A stretch of DNA of 64,000 nucleotides from Escherichia coli (GCF_024223415.1 NZ_CP100500.1); one strand, 5' to 3'. Shown: positions 47,560-61,403, counted from the stretch's first letter. Program-made: numbers and translations. Notes: a model not told the origin generated them from the sequence alone.

Positions 47560-48048
47560 ATGGTCTGGATTGATTACGCCATAATCGCGGTGATTGCTTT
47601 TTCCTCTCTGGTTAGCCTGATCCGCGGCTTTGTTCGTGAAGCGTTATCGCTGGTGACATGGGGGTGTGCTTTCTTTGTTGCCAGTCATTACTACACTTAC
47701 CTGTCAGTCTGGTTTACGGGCTTTGAAGACGAACTGGTTCGAAATGGGATTGCCATCGCGGTACTGTTTATCGCTACCCTGATCGTTGGTGCTATCGTGA
47801 ACTTCGTGATAGGCCAGCTGGTGGAGAAAACGGGGTTGTCAGGCACCGATCGGGTGCTGGGCGTCTGTTTCGGTGCGTTGCGCGGTGTGTTGATTGTTGC
47901 TGCCATTCTCTTCTTTCTCGACTCCTTTACCGGGGTGTCGAAAAGCGAAGACTGGAGCAAATCACAGCTGATCCCGCAGTTCAGTTTTATCATCAGATGG
48001 TTTTTTGATTATCTGCAAAGCTCGTCAAGTTTCTTGCCCAGAGCGTAA
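47560..48048 (+). CDS. cvpA: Colicin V production membrane protein CvpA
   Basis: 162-aa hydrophobic ORF MVWIDYAIIAVIAFSSLVSLIRGF... Confidence 0.92.
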   Translation: MVWIDYAIIAVIAFSSLVSLIRGFVREALSLVTWGCAFFVASHYYTYLSVWFTGFEDELVRNGIAIAVLFIATLIVGAIVNFVIGQLVEKTGLSGTDRVLGVCFGALRGVLIVAAILFFLDSFTGVSKSEDWSKSQLIPQFSFIIRWFFDYLQSSSSFLPRA

Positions 48049-48084
48049 GTGCTCTGAGATGTGGCTTAACGAGGAAAAAGACGT

Positions 48085-49602
48085 ATGTGCGGTATTGTCG
48101 GTATCGCCGGTGTTATGCCGGTTAACCAGTCGATTTATGATGCCTTAACGGTGCTTCAGCATCGCGGTCAGGATGCCGCCGGCATCATCACCATAGATGC
48201 CAATAACTGCTTCCGTTTGCGTAAAGCGAACGGGCTGGTGAGCGATGTATTTGAAGCTCGCCATATGCAGCGTTTGCAGGGCAATATGGGCATTGGTCAT
48301 GTGCGTTACCCTACGGCTGGCAGCTCCAGCGCCTCTGAAGCGCAGCCGTTTTACGTTAACTCTCCGTATGGCATTACGCTTGCCCACAACGGCAATCTGA
48401 CCAACGCTCACGAGTTGCGTAAAAAACTGTTTGAAGAAAAACGCCGCCACATCAACACCACTTCCGACTCGGAAATTCTGCTTAATATCTTCGCCAGCGA
48501 GCTGGACAACTTCCGCCACTACCCGCTGGAAGCCGACAACATTTTCGCCGCCATCGCTGCTACAAACCGCTTAATCCGCGGCGCGTATGCCTGTGTGGCG
48601 ATGATTATCGGCCACGGTATGGTTGCTTTCCGCGATCCAAACGGTATTCGTCCGCTGGTTCTGGGAAAACGTGATATTGACGAGAACCGCACAGAATATA
48701 TGGTCGCTTCCGAAAGCGTTGCGCTCGATACACTGGGCTTTGATTTCCTGCGTGACGTCGCGCCTGGCGAAGCGATTTACATCACTGAAGAAGGGCAGTT
48801 GTTTACCCGTCAATGTGCTGACAATCCGGTCAGCAATCCGTGCCTGTTTGAGTATGTATACTTTGCTCGCCCGGACTCGTTCATCGACAAAATTTCCGTT
48901 TACAGCGCGCGTGTGAATATGGGCACGAAGCTGGGCGAGAAAATTGCCCGCGAATGGGAAGATCTGGATATCGACGTGGTGATCCCGATCCCGGAAACCT
49001 CGTGTGATATCGCGCTGGAAATTGCTCGTATTCTGGGCAAACCGTACCGCCAGGGCTTCGTTAAAAACCGCTATGTTGGCCGCACCTTCATCATGCCGGG
49101 CCAGCAGCTGCGTCGTAAGTCCGTGCGCCGTAAACTGAACGCCAACCGCGCCGAGTTCCGCGATAAAAACGTCCTGCTGGTCGACGACTCCATCGTCCGT
49201 GGCACCACTTCTGAGCAGATTATCGAGATGGCACGCGAAGCCGGAGCGAAGAAAGTGTACCTCGCTTCTGCGGCACCGGAAATTCGCTTCCCGAACGTTT
49301 ACGGTATCGATATGCCGAGCGCTACGGAACTGATCGCTCACGGTCGCGAAGTAGATGAAATTCGCCAGATCATCGGTGCTGACGGGTTGATTTTCCAGGA
49401 TCTGAACGATCTGATCGACGCCGTTCGCGCTGAAAACCCGGATATCCAGCAGTTTGAATGCTCGGTGTTCAACGGCGTCTACGTCACCAAAGATGTTGAT
49501 CAGGGCTACCTCGATTTCCTCGATACGTTACGTAATGACGACGCCAAAGCAGTGCAACGTCAGAACGAAGTGGAAAATCTCGAAATGCATAACGAAGGAT
49601 GA
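48085..49602 (+). CDS. purF: Amidophosphoribosyltransferase
   Basis: 505-aa ORF starting MCGIVGI (N-terminal nucleophile Cys) with PRTase motif. Confidence 0.95.
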
Positions 49603-49696
49603 TGCCTTCGCTCAGGGTGCCGGTCTGGCACCCTGACTTGCAACTCCCGCCGAAATCCTGCAAAGTCTGCCTGCAAGTCTGACAGGGCAACTATTT

Positions 49697-50266
49697 ATGA
49701 AACGACTTATTGTGGGCATCAGCGGTGCCAGCGGCGCGATTTATGGCGTGCGCTTATTACAGGTTTTGCGCGATGTCACAGATATCGAAACGCATCTGGT
49801 GATGAGCCAGGCAGCGCGCCAGACCTTATCCCTCGAAACGGATTTTTCCCTGCGCGAAGTGCAGGCATTAGCCGATGTCACGCATGATGCGCGCGATATT
49901 GCCGCCAGCATCTCTTCCGGTTCTTTCCAGACACTGGGGATGGTGATTTTACCCTGTTCAATCAAAACCCTGTCCGGCATTGTCCATAGCTATACTGATG
50001 GCTTACTGACCCGTGCGGCAGATGTTGTGCTGAAAGAGCGTCGCCCGTTGGTGCTCTGCGTGCGTGAAACACCATTGCACTTAGGCCATCTGCGTTTAAT
50101 GACGCAGGCAGCAGAAATCGGTGCGGTGATTATGCCTCCCGTTCCGGCGTTTTATCATCGCCCGCAATCCCTTGATGATGTGATAAATCAGACGGTTAAT
50201 CGTGTTCTTGACCAGTTTGCAATAACCCTTCCTGAAGATCTCTTTGCCCGCTGGCAGGGCGCATAA
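49697..50266 (+). CDS. ubiX: Flavin prenyltransferase UbiX
   Basis: 189-aa ORF MKRLIVGISGASGAIYGVRLLQVL... Confidence 0.93.
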   Translation: MKRLIVGISGASGAIYGVRLLQVLRDVTDIETHLVMSQAARQTLSLETDFSLREVQALADVTHDARDIAASISSGSFQTLGMVILPCSIKTLSGIVHSYTDGLLTRAADVVLKERRPLVLCVRETPLHLGHLRLMTQAAEIGAVIMPPVPAFYHRPQSLDDVINQTVNRVLDQFAITLPEDLFARWQGA

Positions 50267-50447
50267 CTCCGCTGTTGCCCTGTTTCAGGGCAATTTTGCA
50301 ACCGCGATCAAATCCTCGACATTTTGTTTCTGCCATTCAATCGAAACGCTGCGATTCAACCGCTATACCTGCTATCTTCAACTTTAGGACAATAATGCAA
50401 CGTCTTATTAACATATTTAACGTTGAATGTTACTGTTGTCGTCAAGA

Positions 50448-50463
50448 TGGCATAAGACCTGCA
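50448..50463 (+). promoter_or_regulatory. Candidate sigma-54 promoter (TGGCAT-N5-CTGCA) upstream of argT
   Basis: -24/-12-like element TGGCATAAGACCTGCA about 70 bp upstream of argT; argT is recalled as nitrogen-regulated. Confidence 0.45.
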
Positions 50464-50531
50464 TGAAAGAGCCTGCAAACACACAACACAATACACAACA
50501 TAAAAAAGCCATTTTCACTTGAGGGTTATGT

Positions 50532-51314
50532 ATGAAGAAGTCGATTCTCGCTCTGTCTTTGTTAGTCGGTCTCTCCGCAGCGGCTTCCAGCTATGCGGCG
50601 CTACCGGAGACGGTACGTATCGGAACCGATACCACCTATGCGCCGTTCTCGTCGAAAGATGCTAAAGGTGATTTTGTTGGCTTTGATATCGATCTCGGTA
50701 ACGAGATGTGCAAACGGATGCAGGTGAAATGTACCTGGGTTGCCAGTGACTTTGACGCGCTGATCCCCTCACTGAAAGCGAAAAAAATCGACGCCATTAT
50801 TTCGTCGCTTTCCATTACCGATAAACGTCAGCAGGAGATTGCCTTCTCCGACAAGCTGTACGCCGCAGATTCTCGTTTGATTGCCGCCAAAGGTTCGCCG
50901 ATTCAGCCAACGCTGGATTCACTGAAAGGTAAACATGTGGGTGTGCTGCAGGGATCAACCCAGGAAGCTTACGCTAACGAGACCTGGCGTAGCAAAGGCG
51001 TGGATGTGGTGGCCTATGCCAACCAGGATTTGGTCTATTCCGATCTGGCTGCAGGACGTCTGGATGCCGCACTGCAGGATGAAGTGGCGGCCAGCGAAGG
51101 TTTCCTCAAGCAACCCGCCGGTAAAGAGTTCGCTTTTGCTGGCTCATCAGTGAAAGACAAAAAATACTTCGGTGATGGCACCGGTGTAGGGCTACGTAAA
51201 GATGATACTGAACTGACGGCTGCGTTTAATAAGGCGCTTGGAGAGCTGCGTCAGGACGGCACCTACGACAAGATGGCGAAAAAGTATTTCGACTTTAATG
51301 TCTACGGTGACTGA
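50532..51314 (+). CDS. argT: Lysine/arginine/ornithine periplasmic binding protein
   Basis: 260-aa ORF with signal peptide; paralog of the downstream hisJ. Confidence 0.93.
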   Translation: MKKSILALSLLVGLSAAASSYAALPETVRIGTDTTYAPFSSKDAKGDFVGFDIDLGNEMCKRMQVKCTWVASDFDALIPSLKAKKIDAIISSLSITDKRQQEIAFSDKLYAADSRLIAAKGSPIQPTLDSLKGKHVGVLQGSTQEAYANETWRSKGVDVVAYANQDLVYSDLAAGRLDAALQDEVAASEGFLKQPAGKEFAFAGSSVKDKKYFGDGTGVGLRKDDTELTAAFNKALGELRQDGTYDKMAKKYFDFNVYGD

Positions 51315-51534
51315 TACGTCGCAGGGAAGCTGTGCCTGATGGAATGATCATCATGGTGCACGCCAGGTTTGTTGCACTATCGTGGTGCATTGAAATGCAT
51401 ACTTAAGCATTTTTAATGAAAAATAATACGTCTAACGGGGCGGGATATTTTGCCTTGATGGTCAATTTTATGGCACGATAAGTGTAACAAACCTGTAAAT
51501 ATTCCCTATAAAAAGACTGTCAGTTGAGGACATT

Positions 51535-52317
51535 ATGAAAAAACTGGTGCTATCGCTCTCTCTGGTTCTGGCCTTCTCCAGCGCAACTGCGGCATTTGCT
51601 GCGATTCCGCAAAACATCCGCATCGGTACCGACCCGACCTATGCGCCATTTGAATCAAAAAATTCACAAGGCGAACTGGTTGGCTTCGATATCGATCTGG
51701 CAAAGGAATTATGCAAACGCATCAATACGCAATGTACGTTTGTCGAAAATCCGCTGGATGCGTTAATCCCGTCCTTAAAAGCGAAGAAGATTGACGCCAT
51801 CATGTCATCGCTTTCCATTACGGAAAAACGTCAGCAAGAAATAGCCTTCACCGACAAACTGTACGCTGCCGATTCTCGTCTGGTGGTGGCGAAAAATTCT
51901 GACATTCAGCCGACAGTCGAGTCGCTGAAAGGCAAACGGGTAGGCGTATTGCAGGGCACCACCCAGGAGACGTTCGGTAATGAACATTGGGCACCAAAAG
52001 GCATTGAAATCGTCTCGTATCAGGGGCAGGACAACATTTATTCTGACCTGACTGCCGGACGTATTGATGCCGCGTTCCAGGATGAGGTCGCTGCCAGCGA
52101 AGGTTTCCTCAAACAACCTGTCGGTAAAGATTACAAATTCGGTGGCCCGTCTGTTAAAGATGAAAAACTGTTTGGCGTAGGGACCGGCATGGGCCTGCGT
52201 AAAGAAGATAACGAACTGCGCGAGGCACTGAACAAAGCCTTTGCTGAAATGCGCGCTGACGGTACTTACGAGAAATTAGCGAAAAAGTACTTCGATTTTG
52301 ATGTTTATGGTGGCTAA
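51535..52317 (+). CDS. hisJ: Histidine periplasmic binding protein
   Basis: 260-aa [45 protein letters not shown]... Confidence 0.93.
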   Translation: MKKLVLSLSLVLAFSSATAAFAAIPQNIRIGTDPTYAPFESKNSQGELVGFDIDLAKELCKRINTQCTFVENPLDALIPSLKAKKIDAIMSSLSITEKRQQEIAFTDKLYAADSRLVVAKNSDIQPTVESLKGKRVGVLQGTTQETFGNEHWAPKGIEIVSYQGQDNIYSDLTAGRIDAAFQDEVAASEGFLKQPVGKDYKFGGPSVKDEKLFGVGTGMGLRKEDNELREALNKAFAEMRADGTYEKLAKKYFDFDVYGG

Positions 52318-52406
52318 TCACCATCGGTGAAAGAAAGCCCGCTCCCTTCGGGTAACCGGAGGGAGACAAGAGGCGGTAATTCACCACACACGACAGGACA
52401 GGCTGC

Positions 52407-53093
52407 ATGTTGTATGGGTTTTCAGGTGTTATTTTACAGGGTGCGCTCGTCACGCTGGAGCTGGCTATCAGCTCTGTAGTGCTCGCTGTAACCATCGGTT
52501 TAATTGGCGCTGGCGGTAAGCTCTCGCAAAATCGGCTTTCGGGGCTGATTTTCGAAGGGTACACCACGCTGATTCGTGGCGTGCCGGACTTAGTGTTGAT
52601 GCTGCTGATTTTCTACGGTTTGCAGATTGCGCTAAACACGGTGACGGAGGCGATGGGCGTCGGGCAGATTGATATCGATCCGATGGTCGCTGGTATTATC
52701 ACTCTCGGTTTTATCTACGGTGCTTATTTTACCGAAACGTTCCGTGGTGCTTTTATGGCAGTGCCGAAAGGACATATAGAGGCGGCGACGGCGTTCGGTT
52801 TTACTCGTGGGCAAGTGTTTCTGCGGATCATGTTTCCGGCGATGATGCGTTACGCCCTGCCAGGCATTGGCAACAACTGGCAGGTGATCCTCAAATCTAC
52901 CGCACTGGTTTCGTTACTCGGCCTGGAAGATGTGGTCAAAGCCACGCAGCTGGCAGGCAAAAGTACCTGGGAACCGTTCTATTTCGCCATCGTCTGTGGC
53001 GTGATTTACCTGGTTTTCACCACCGTTTCCAATGGTGTGCTGCTGTTCCTTGAGCGCCGCTACTCCGTGGGTGTGAAGAGGGCTGACCTGTGA
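52407..53093 (+). CDS. hisQ: Histidine ABC transporter permease HisQ
   Basis: 228-aa hydrophobic ORF with ABC permease EAA-like loop. Confidence 0.92.
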   Translation: MLYGFSGVILQGALVTLELAISSVVLAVTIGLIGAGGKLSQNRLSGLIFEGYTTLIRGVPDLVLMLLIFYGLQIALNTVTEAMGVGQIDIDPMVAGIITLGFIYGAYFTETFRGAFMAVPKGHIEAATAFGFTRGQVFLRIMFPAMMRYALPGIGNNWQVILKSTALVSLLGLEDVVKATQLAGKSTWEPFYFAIVCGVIYLVFTTVSNGVLLFLERRYSVGVKRADL

Positions 53094-53806
53094 TCGAAAT
53101 CTTACATGAATACTGGAAACCGCTGCTGTGGACCGACGGTTATCGCTTTACTGGTGTGGCGATCACTCTGTGGCTGCTTATTTTGTCGGTAGTGATAGGC
53201 GGAGTCCTGGCGCTGTTTCTGGCGATTGGTCGTGTCTCCAGTAATAAATACATCCAGTTTCCAATCTGGTTATTTACCTATATTTTTCGCGGTACGCCGC
53301 TGTATGTTCAGTTGCTGGTGTTCTATTCCGGCATGTATACGCTGGAGATTGTTAAGGGGACCGAGTTTCTTAACGCCTTTTTCCGCAGTGGCCTGAACTG
53401 TACCGTGCTGGCGCTGACGCTTAACACCTGCGCTTACACTACCGAGATTTTTGCTGGGGCAATCCGTTCGGTTCCGCATGGGGAAATTGAAGCCGCCAGA
53501 GCCTACGGTTTCTCAACCTTTAAAATGTATCGCTGCATTATTTTGCCTTCTGCGCTGCGTATTGCGTTACCGGCATACAGCAACGAAGTGATCCTGATGC
53601 TGCATTCTACTGCGCTGGCGTTTACTGCCACTGTGCCGGATCTGCTGAAAATAGCCCGCGATATTAACGCCGCCACGTATCAACCTTTTACCGCCTTCGG
53701 CATTGCCGCGGTGCTCTATTTAATCATCTCTTATGTCCTGATCAGCCTCTTTCGCAGAGCGGAAAAACGCTGGTTGCAGCATGTGAAACCTTCTTCAACG
53801 CACTGA
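53090..53806 (+). CDS. hisM: Histidine ABC transporter permease HisM
   Basis: 238-aa hydrophobic ORF; 4-nt overlap with hisQ. Confidence 0.92.
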   Translation: MIEILHEYWKPLLWTDGYRFTGVAITLWLLILSVVIGGVLALFLAIGRVSSNKYIQFPIWLFTYIFRGTPLYVQLLVFYSGMYTLEIVKGTEFLNAFFRSGLNCTVLALTLNTCAYTTEIFAGAIRSVPHGEIEAARAYGFSTFKMYRCIILPSALRIALPAYSNEVILMLHSTALAFTATVPDLLKIARDINAATYQPFTAFGIAAVLYLIISYVLISLFRRAEKRWLQHVKPSSTH

Positions 53807-53813
53807 GAATACG

Positions 53814-54587
53814 ATGTCCGAGAATAAATTAAACGTTATCGATTTGCACAAACGCTACGGCGAACACGAAGTGCTGAAAGGGGTCTCACTGCAAGCGAAT
53901 GCCGGAGATGTCATAAGTATCATCGGATCGTCGGGATCGGGGAAAAGTACCTTTCTGCGCTGCATTAACTTCCTCGAAAAACCGAGTGAAGGGTCGATCG
54001 TGGTCAATGGCCAGACGATCAATCTGGTGCGCGACAAAGACGGTCAACTCAAAGTCGCCGATAAAAATCAACTGCGCTTACTGCGCACACGCCTGACGAT
54101 GGTATTCCAGCACTTCAATCTCTGGAGCCATATGACGGTGCTGGAAAACGTCATGGAAGCGCCGATTCAGGTGTTGGGCCTGAGCAAGCAGGAAGCGCGC
54201 GAGCGGGCGGTGAAGTATCTGGCAAAAGTCGGGATAGACGAACGTGCACAGGGGAAATATCCGGTGCATCTTTCCGGCGGTCAGCAACAGCGTGTTTCTA
54301 TCGCGCGGGCGCTGGCGATGGAACCGGAAGTTTTACTGTTTGATGAACCTACCTCGGCGCTCGATCCTGAACTGGTAGGCGAAGTGTTGCGCATTATGCA
54401 GCAACTGGCAGAAGAGGGGAAAACCATGGTGGTAGTGACTCACGAAATGGGCTTTGCTCGTCATGTTTCTACTCACGTCATTTTCCTCCATCAGGGGAAA
54501 ATAGAGGAAGAAGGCGCGCCGGAGCAGTTATTTGGCAACCCGCAAAGCCCTCGTCTGCAACAGTTCCTTAAAGGTTCGCTGAAATAA
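53814..54587 (+). CDS. hisP: Histidine ABC transporter ATP-binding protein HisP
   Basis: 257-aa ORF with Walker [10 protein letters not shown], signature LSGGQQQR and Walker [12 protein letters not shown]. Confidence 0.95.
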   Translation: MSENKLNVIDLHKRYGEHEVLKGVSLQANAGDVISIIGSSGSGKSTFLRCINFLEKPSEGSIVVNGQTINLVRDKDGQLKVADKNQLRLLRTRLTMVFQHFNLWSHMTVLENVMEAPIQVLGLSKQEARERAVKYLAKVGIDERAQGKYPVHLSGGQQQRVSIARALAMEPEVLLFDEPTSALDPELVGEVLRIMQQLAEEGKTMVVVTHEMGFARHVSTHVIFLHQGKIEEEGAPEQLFGNPQSPRLQQFLKGSLK

Positions 54588-54593
54588 TTGCCT

Positions 54594-54624
54594 CTCCGGT
54601 GGCTAACGCTGCCGGAGTATTTTC
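54594..54624 (+). terminator. Rho-independent terminator after hisP
   Basis: CTCCGG...CCGGAG stem followed by TATTTT. Confidence 0.55.
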
Positions 54625-54783
54625 AAGGGGAATTTGCGAGTCAGCTTCCGCTGAAATGTAAAAGTTGCAGTCCGCTAAAAATACTTCTGAATTCGCTGTC
54701 CAAAGATAAAAACTGCCTGCTGCATTGGGTGTTAATCGTGGTTATTGTCGCATCATCTTAAATTTGAGGGGTGACGGAACGCC

Positions 54784-55686
54784 ATGACAATATCGACAAC
54801 TTCCACGCCGCATGATGCGGTATTTAAATCTTTTTTACGCCATCCAGACACCGCGCGGGATTTTATTGATATTCATCTTCCCGCGCCGCTGCGCAAACTG
54901 TGTGATTTAACGACGCTTAAACTGGAACCAAACAGTTTTATTGATGAAGACCTGCGGCAATATTATTCCGACCTCTTGTGGTCTGTGAAAACGCAGGAGG
55001 GAGTGGGTTATATTTATGTAGTGATAGAGCACCAAAGTAAGCCGGAAGAATTAATGGCTTTTCGCATGATGCGTTATTCCATTGCGGCAATGCAAAACCA
55101 TCTTGATGCGGGCTATAAAGAGCTTCCATTGGTGATCCCGATGCTGTTTTATCATGGTTGCAGAAGTCCTTATCCTTATTCACTCTGCTGGCTTGATGAA
55201 TTTGCCGAGCCTGCGATTGCCCGTAAAATATATTCATCGGCTTTTCCGTTGGTGGATATTACCGTGGTGCCGGATGACGAGATTATGCAACATCGCAAAA
55301 TGGCGCTGTTGGAGTTAATTCAGAAACATATTCGTCAGCGCGATCTGTTGGGATTAGTCGACCAAATTGTTTCGCTGCTAGTTACAGGGAACACTAATGA
55401 CAGACAGCTAAAAGCCCTGTTTAATTATGTATTACAAACGGGAGATGCCCAGCGTTTCCGTGCATTTATTGGTGAGATAGCAGAACGCGCACCACAGGAA
55501 AAGGAGAAACTGATGACCATTGCTGACAGATTACGTGAAGAAGGGCGGAATGATGGATTAATTCTTGGCAAACGCGAAGAAGCCCTGCGTATTGCTCAGG
55601 AGATGCTGGATAGAGGTTTAGACCGAGAGTTAGTTATGATGGTGACCCGACTTTCACCAGACGATCTTATCGCGCAAAGCCACTAA
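54784..55686 (+). CDS. rpnB: Recombination-promoting nuclease RpnB (YfcI; transposase_31 / PD-(D/E)xK family)
   Basis: 300-aa [36 protein letters not shown]... typical of the Rpn family. Confidence 0.85.
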   Translation: MTISTTSTPHDAVFKSFLRHPDTARDFIDIHLPAPLRKLCDLTTLKLEPNSFIDEDLRQYYSDLLWSVKTQEGVGYIYVVIEHQSKPEELMAFRMMRYSIAAMQNHLDAGYKELPLVIPMLFYHGCRSPYPYSLCWLDEFAEPAIARKIYSSAFPLVDITVVPDDEIMQHRKMALLELIQKHIRQRDLLGLVDQIVSLLVTGNTNDRQLKALFNYVLQTGDAQRFRAFIGEIAERAPQEKEKLMTIADRLREEGRNDGLILGKREEALRIAQEMLDRGLDRELVMMVTRLSPDDLIAQSH

Positions 55687-55733
55687 CCCTGTAACACCGG
55701 GAGTTAACTGGCGGATGTTTGCAGTAAACCACA

Positions 55734-56627
55734 TCAGCGAACGACATCCGCCAGCGCCTCTTCTAAATCGTACCAGCGAAACGCAAAACCCGCTTCTTCC
55801 AGCCGTTTAGGCAGCGCGCGTTGTCCACCTAATACCAGTACTGAAGATTCGCCCATTAACAGTCGAATGGCGGTCGCGGGGACGCGCAAAATGGCCGGGC
55901 GATGCAGCGCATGACCGAGCGCATGGGCAAATTGTTCATTGCGTACCGGGTAGGGCGAAACCATATTAAATGGCCCGCGCAGCTCGTTATCCAGCAGCCA
56001 GAGAATACCGTTGACCATATCATCAATATGAATCCAGGCCAGATACTGCCGACCAGAGCCAATCGGTCCGCCCAGGCCAAGACGAAACGGCGGCAGCATT
56101 TTACCGAGAATACCGCCATCCGGTGCCAGCACTACACCGGTACGCAGCAGGCACACTCGCGTTTTGTCACTTTGCGCCCGGCAGGCAATTTCTTCCCAGC
56201 GGGCGCAGAGTTTATGGGTAAATTCGTTATGCGGCGGTTCCTCTTCGGTAACCACCACTTCACCTAAGTCGCCATAATAGCCCGTTGCCGAGCCGGAAAT
56301 GAGTACCGACGGTGGCGTGTCGCTGGCATTAATCAAATCGACCAGTTTTTGCGTGATATTCCAGCGGCTTTGGCAGAGACGCTCTTTTTGCTCGTGAGTC
56401 CAGCGTTTATCAGCAATCGGTTCTCCGGCGAGGTTGATTACCGCATCAACGCCGTTGAGGTTGCTTTGATCGGCAAGCCCTTGCCATAGCGTCACCTGCG
56501 GCCCGAGCACGGAACTGGCTTTCTGCGGGTTACGCGTCATTACCGTGATTTGATGGCCCAGCTCCAGCAAACGTGGAATCAAATGGCGACCAATTAATCC
56601 CGTCCCTCCGGTGATCACTATGTTCAT
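55734..56627 (-). CDS. yfcH: Epimerase-family protein YfcH (NAD-binding, DUF1731)
   Basis: 297-aa [37 protein letters not shown]... with Rossmann TGGTGLIG. Confidence 0.9.
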   Translation of the reverse strand: MNIVITGGTGLIGRHLIPRLLELGHQITVMTRNPQKASSVLGPQVTLWQGLADQSNLNGVDAVINLAGEPIADKRWTHEQKERLCQSRWNITQKLVDLINASDTPPSVLISGSATGYYGDLGEVVVTEEEPPHNEFTHKLCARWEEIACRAQSDKTRVCLLRTGVVLAPDGGILGKMLPPFRLGLGGPIGSGRQYLAWIHIDDMVNGILWLLDNELRGPFNMVSPYPVRNEQFAHALGHALHRPAILRVPATAIRLLMGESSVLVLGGQRALPKRLEEAGFAFRWYDLEEALADVVR

Positions 56628-56647
56628 GCAGCCTCCCGATATGGCGG

Positions 56648-57010
56648 TTAACGCTGCCAGCTTAAGGTCATGGATACCGAATCGGCGTAGCGCAGCGCGT
56701 GCAGTTTATCGATCTCCACTTCAGCATACGTCACCCAGTGATGTTCACGTGCGATATCGAGCACATCCTGAGTTAATTTTTCCAGCAAAGAGAAACGGTT
56801 ATTCTCTACATGCTGAATAATGTTTTTCGTTACGGTGCGATAATTCAGCGCATCGTTGATATCTTCGCTAGTGCGCGCTTTATCGGCGGGGTAGTGGATC
56901 GTCACATTGATAACAATATCCTGACGGTTGTTAATTTCTTCTTCCTTAATTCCGATAAATGTACGTAAACGAAGGTTCTTTATACGAATAATAGCGGCAG
57001 GTTGTGCCAT
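56648..57010 (-). CDS. folX: Dihydroneopterin triphosphate 2'-epimerase
   Basis: 120-aa [28 protein letters not shown]... Confidence 0.92.
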
Positions 57011-57066
57011 TGCAGGTTCTCCGTTGTTTTACTTAGGATGAAATAATACACGAGAACCTGTTTCTG

Positions 57067-58543
<1,477 letters not shown>

Positions 58544-58546
58544 TGA

Positions 58547-59101
58547 GTGATGAAACTGATGTTTGCATCGGACATTCATGGGTCGTTACCGGCGACGGAA
58601 CGTGTTCTGGAGTTGTTTGCCCAAAGCGGTGCCCAGTGGCTGGTGATCCTTGGCGACGTGTTGAATCACGGCCCGCGTAATGCTTTACCGGAGGGTTACG
58701 CGCCAGCCAAAGTCGCTGAACGGCTTAATGAAGTGGCACATAAGGTTATCGCTGTGCGCGGCAACTGCGACAGCGAAGTGGATCAAATGCTGCTGCATTT
58801 CCCGATAACCGCGCCGTGGCAACAGGTATTACTGGAAAAACAACGTCTGTTTTTGACGCATGGTCATCTTTTTGGCCCGGAAAATCTGCCTGCTTTAAAC
58901 CAGAACGATGTGCTGGTGTACGGCCATACCCATCTGCCAGTGGCAGAACAGCGGGGGGAGATTTTCCACTTCAACCCCGGCTCGGTGAGTATTCCGAAAG
59001 GCGGTAATCCGGCGAGTTATGGCATGCTGGATAATGACGTACTTAGTGTAATCGCACTCAATGATCAAAGTATCATTGCGCAGGTCGCGATTAATCCGTA
59101 A
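58547..59101 (+). CDS. yfcE: Metallophosphoesterase / phosphodiesterase YfcE
   Basis: 184-aa ORF MMKLMFASDIHGSLPATERVLELF... with calcineurin-like motifs DIHG, GDVLNHG, GNCD, GHTH. Confidence 0.9.
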   Translation: MMKLMFASDIHGSLPATERVLELFAQSGAQWLVILGDVLNHGPRNALPEGYAPAKVAERLNEVAHKVIAVRGNCDSEVDQMLLHFPITAPWQQVLLEKQRLFLTHGHLFGPENLPALNQNDVLVYGHTHLPVAEQRGEIFHFNPGSVSIPKGGNPASYGMLDNDVLSVIALNDQSIIAQVAINP

Positions 59102-59158
59102 TTTACCCACAACTCATAATGCGCCGTAAGAGCGCCAGAAAAAGAAGGTTTCCTGATA

Positions 59159-59701
59159 ATGGAACAGCGTCGTTTGGCAAGTACTGAATGGGTGGATATT
59201 GTCAATGAAGAGAACGAAGTCATTGCACAAGCCAGCCGGGAACAAATGCGGGCACAGTGTCTGCGTCATCGTGCAACTTACATCGTCGTGCATGATGGCA
59301 TGGGCAAAATTCTGGTCCAGCGTCGTACCGAGACAAAAGACTTTTTACCCGGCATGTTAGATGCGACCGCAGGCGGTGTGGTTCAGGCCGATGAGCAACT
59401 GCTGGAATCCGCGCGTCGCGAAGCGGAAGAAGAGTTGGGCATTGCCGGTGTCCCCTTTGCCGAGCACGGGCAGTTCTATTTCGAAGATAAAAATTGCCGT
59501 GTCTGGGGCGCATTGTTCAGCTGCGTCTCTCACGGTCCCTTCGCCCTACAGGAAGATGAAGTCAGTGAAGTTTGCTGGCTGACGCCGGAAGAAATCACCG
59601 CACGCTGCGATGAGTTCACTCCAGACTCGCTGAAAGCGCTAGCGTTGTGGATGAAGCGCAATGCCAAAAATGAAGCCGTAGAGACTGAAACGGCAGAATG
59701 A
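59159..59701 (+). CDS. yfcD: Nudix hydrolase YfcD
   Basis: 180-aa ORF with Nudix-box-like region [23 protein letters not shown]. Confidence 0.88.
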
Positions 59702-59735
59702 AAAAAGAGCCGCAATTGCGGCTCTTAACATTTTT
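59701..59735. terminator. Bidirectional hairpin terminator between convergent yfcD and yfcC
   Basis: AAAAAAGAGCCGCAATTGCGGCTCTTAACATTTTT: palindromic stem flanked by A-run and T-run. Confidence 0.65.
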
Positions 59736-61254
59736 AGTGGTAGCCCATCAACTGAGCGCCGATCACCACGACGCTGGACATAATAAACAGCAGTCCAAGT
59801 AGGGTCGCGCCCACCTTCAGCCAGTTACGGAAGTCCACCCGGCAAACACCGAGCGTTGCCATTAACGAAGCTGAGGTTGGGTAAATGATGTGACTGAAGC
59901 CATCACCAAACTGGAACGCCAGCACGGTAACCTGACGGTTAACACCGACCAGATCGCCAAGCGGTGCCAGTAACGGCATGGTTAACGCCGCCTGACCAGA
60001 ACCGGACGTCACGAAGAAATTAAATACCGCCTGGAAGAGCAACATAAACCAGGCCGCGACCGCGTTGTCCAGACCGCTAATGGCATTGGCAATGCTGTTG
60101 AGGATAGTATTTAACACGCTGGCATCACCTGCTTCACCATTACCAACCAGCAGCAAAATCCCTTTGGCGAAACCCACCAGCAGGGCAGGGGCGATCATCA
60201 TTCGCGCCCCTTCGGTAAAGGATGAAGCCATGGTATTAACCGTCATGCCGTTAAGGCGGAAAACAACGCCGATGATGCCAATCACCAGACCCATGGTGAA
60301 GAACTGGCTGGCAATTTCTGGAATAAACCAGGCATTAACGATCACGCCCCAAATCACCCAGACCATTACGGCGGTCAGGACAATCAATACCAGCCAGTCA
60401 CCAAAGGTAAACGGACGTTGTTCAACATCCGCCTGCTTTTCACGAAAGAAGCGGTCGGACTCATGCACGCGTGACAGAAGAGGATTCTTTTTCACTCGTG
60501 AGGCGTACACCATGGTAAAGATCAGGCCAATCAGAGTGGCGATAACCCACACCACGATGCGCAACCCGGAGCCAGAAAGCACCGGAACGCCGGCAATCCC
60601 CTGAGCAACGACCACACAAAACGGGTTCATCCACGAACTGGCAAAACCGATTTGCGTGGCAATATAGGTCACCAGGACGGTGGTAATACTGTCATAGCCC
60701 AGCCGGACCATTAGCGGTGCGATGATAATGGCAAAGGCGACGGCCTCTTCTCCCATACCAAATACCGCGCCGCCAAGTGAAAACAGAATAAACAGCGCAG
60801 GAATAAAGAGAATTTCATTCCCGCGGGTATGGCGAATAAGCGCCAGGATACCGTTATCAATGGTTCCTGTACGCATCACAATGCCAAACGCGCCGCCAAT
60901 CACCAGCATAAACATGATGATGCCAACGGCTGTCCCGTATTTCGATCCTGAGGTTAACCCTTCAAACGGGAAGTTCATCAGGCCCGGGCGTTCATCGCCC
61001 GTCGTGAACAGCTGTACGCGGTGATACTCAGGTTCGCCTGCTTCGTTAGTCAGAATGCGAAATGAGTGTGGATCTACGACTTTGCGTGTTTTTGTTTGAC
61101 CATCAACCTGATACTGCACTTCCTGACTGTCAAACATCCCCACCGGAACTACCCAGGTGGCAAGGCTGGTTAAAATAGCAACAAAAAAGATAATCACCAA
61201 CGTATCGGGCATTGCCCATCTTCTTGTTGGTTTGGATTCAGTGATTGCGGACAT
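59734..61254 (-). CDS. yfcC: Putative inner membrane transporter YfcC (DcuC/YfcC family)
   Basis: Highly hydrophobic ORF; start placed at MSAITESKPTRRWAMPDTLVIIFF (506 aa) inside the ORF-track frame. Confidence 0.85.
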   Translation of the reverse strand: MSAITESKPTRRWAMPDTLVIIFFVAILTSLATWVVPVGMFDSQEVQYQVDGQTKTRKVVDPHSFRILTNEAGEPEYHRVQLFTTGDERPGLMNFPFEGLTSGSKYGTAVGIIMFMLVIGGAFGIVMRTGTIDNGILALIRHTRGNEILFIPALFILFSLGGAVFGMGEEAVAFAIIIAPLMVRLGYDSITTVLVTYIATQIGFASSWMNPFCVVVAQGIAGVPVLSGSGLRIVVWVIATLIGLIFTMVYASRVKKNPLLSRVHESDRFFREKQADVEQRPFTFGDWLVLIVLTAVMVWVIWGVIVNAWFIPEIASQFFTMGLVIGIIGVVFRLNGMTVNTMASSFTEGARMMIAPALLVGFAKGILLLVGNGEAGDASVLNTILNSIANAISGLDNAVAAWFMLLFQAVFNFFVTSGSGQAALTMPLLAPLGDLVGVNRQVTVLAFQFGDGFSHIIYPTSASLMATLGVCRVDFRNWLKVGATLLGLLFIMSSVVVIGAQLMGYH

Positions 61255-61373
61255 AGCGCAAATATTCCCTTGCACAAAACAAAGTGGTAAGTATGCAAAG
61301 TGAAATGGAGCAATTCATTGATGCAGCGCAGTTAAGCAAGATAATCAGAAAGGATTAATGCAAATTAAGAGAA

Positions 61374-61403
61374 TAAAAAACCGGAAATAGTGACTATTTC
61401 CGG
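61374..61403 (-). terminator. Rho-independent terminator downstream of pta
   Basis: Minus-strand CCGGAAATAGTCACTATTTCCGG stem followed by TTTTTTATT. Confidence 0.7.
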
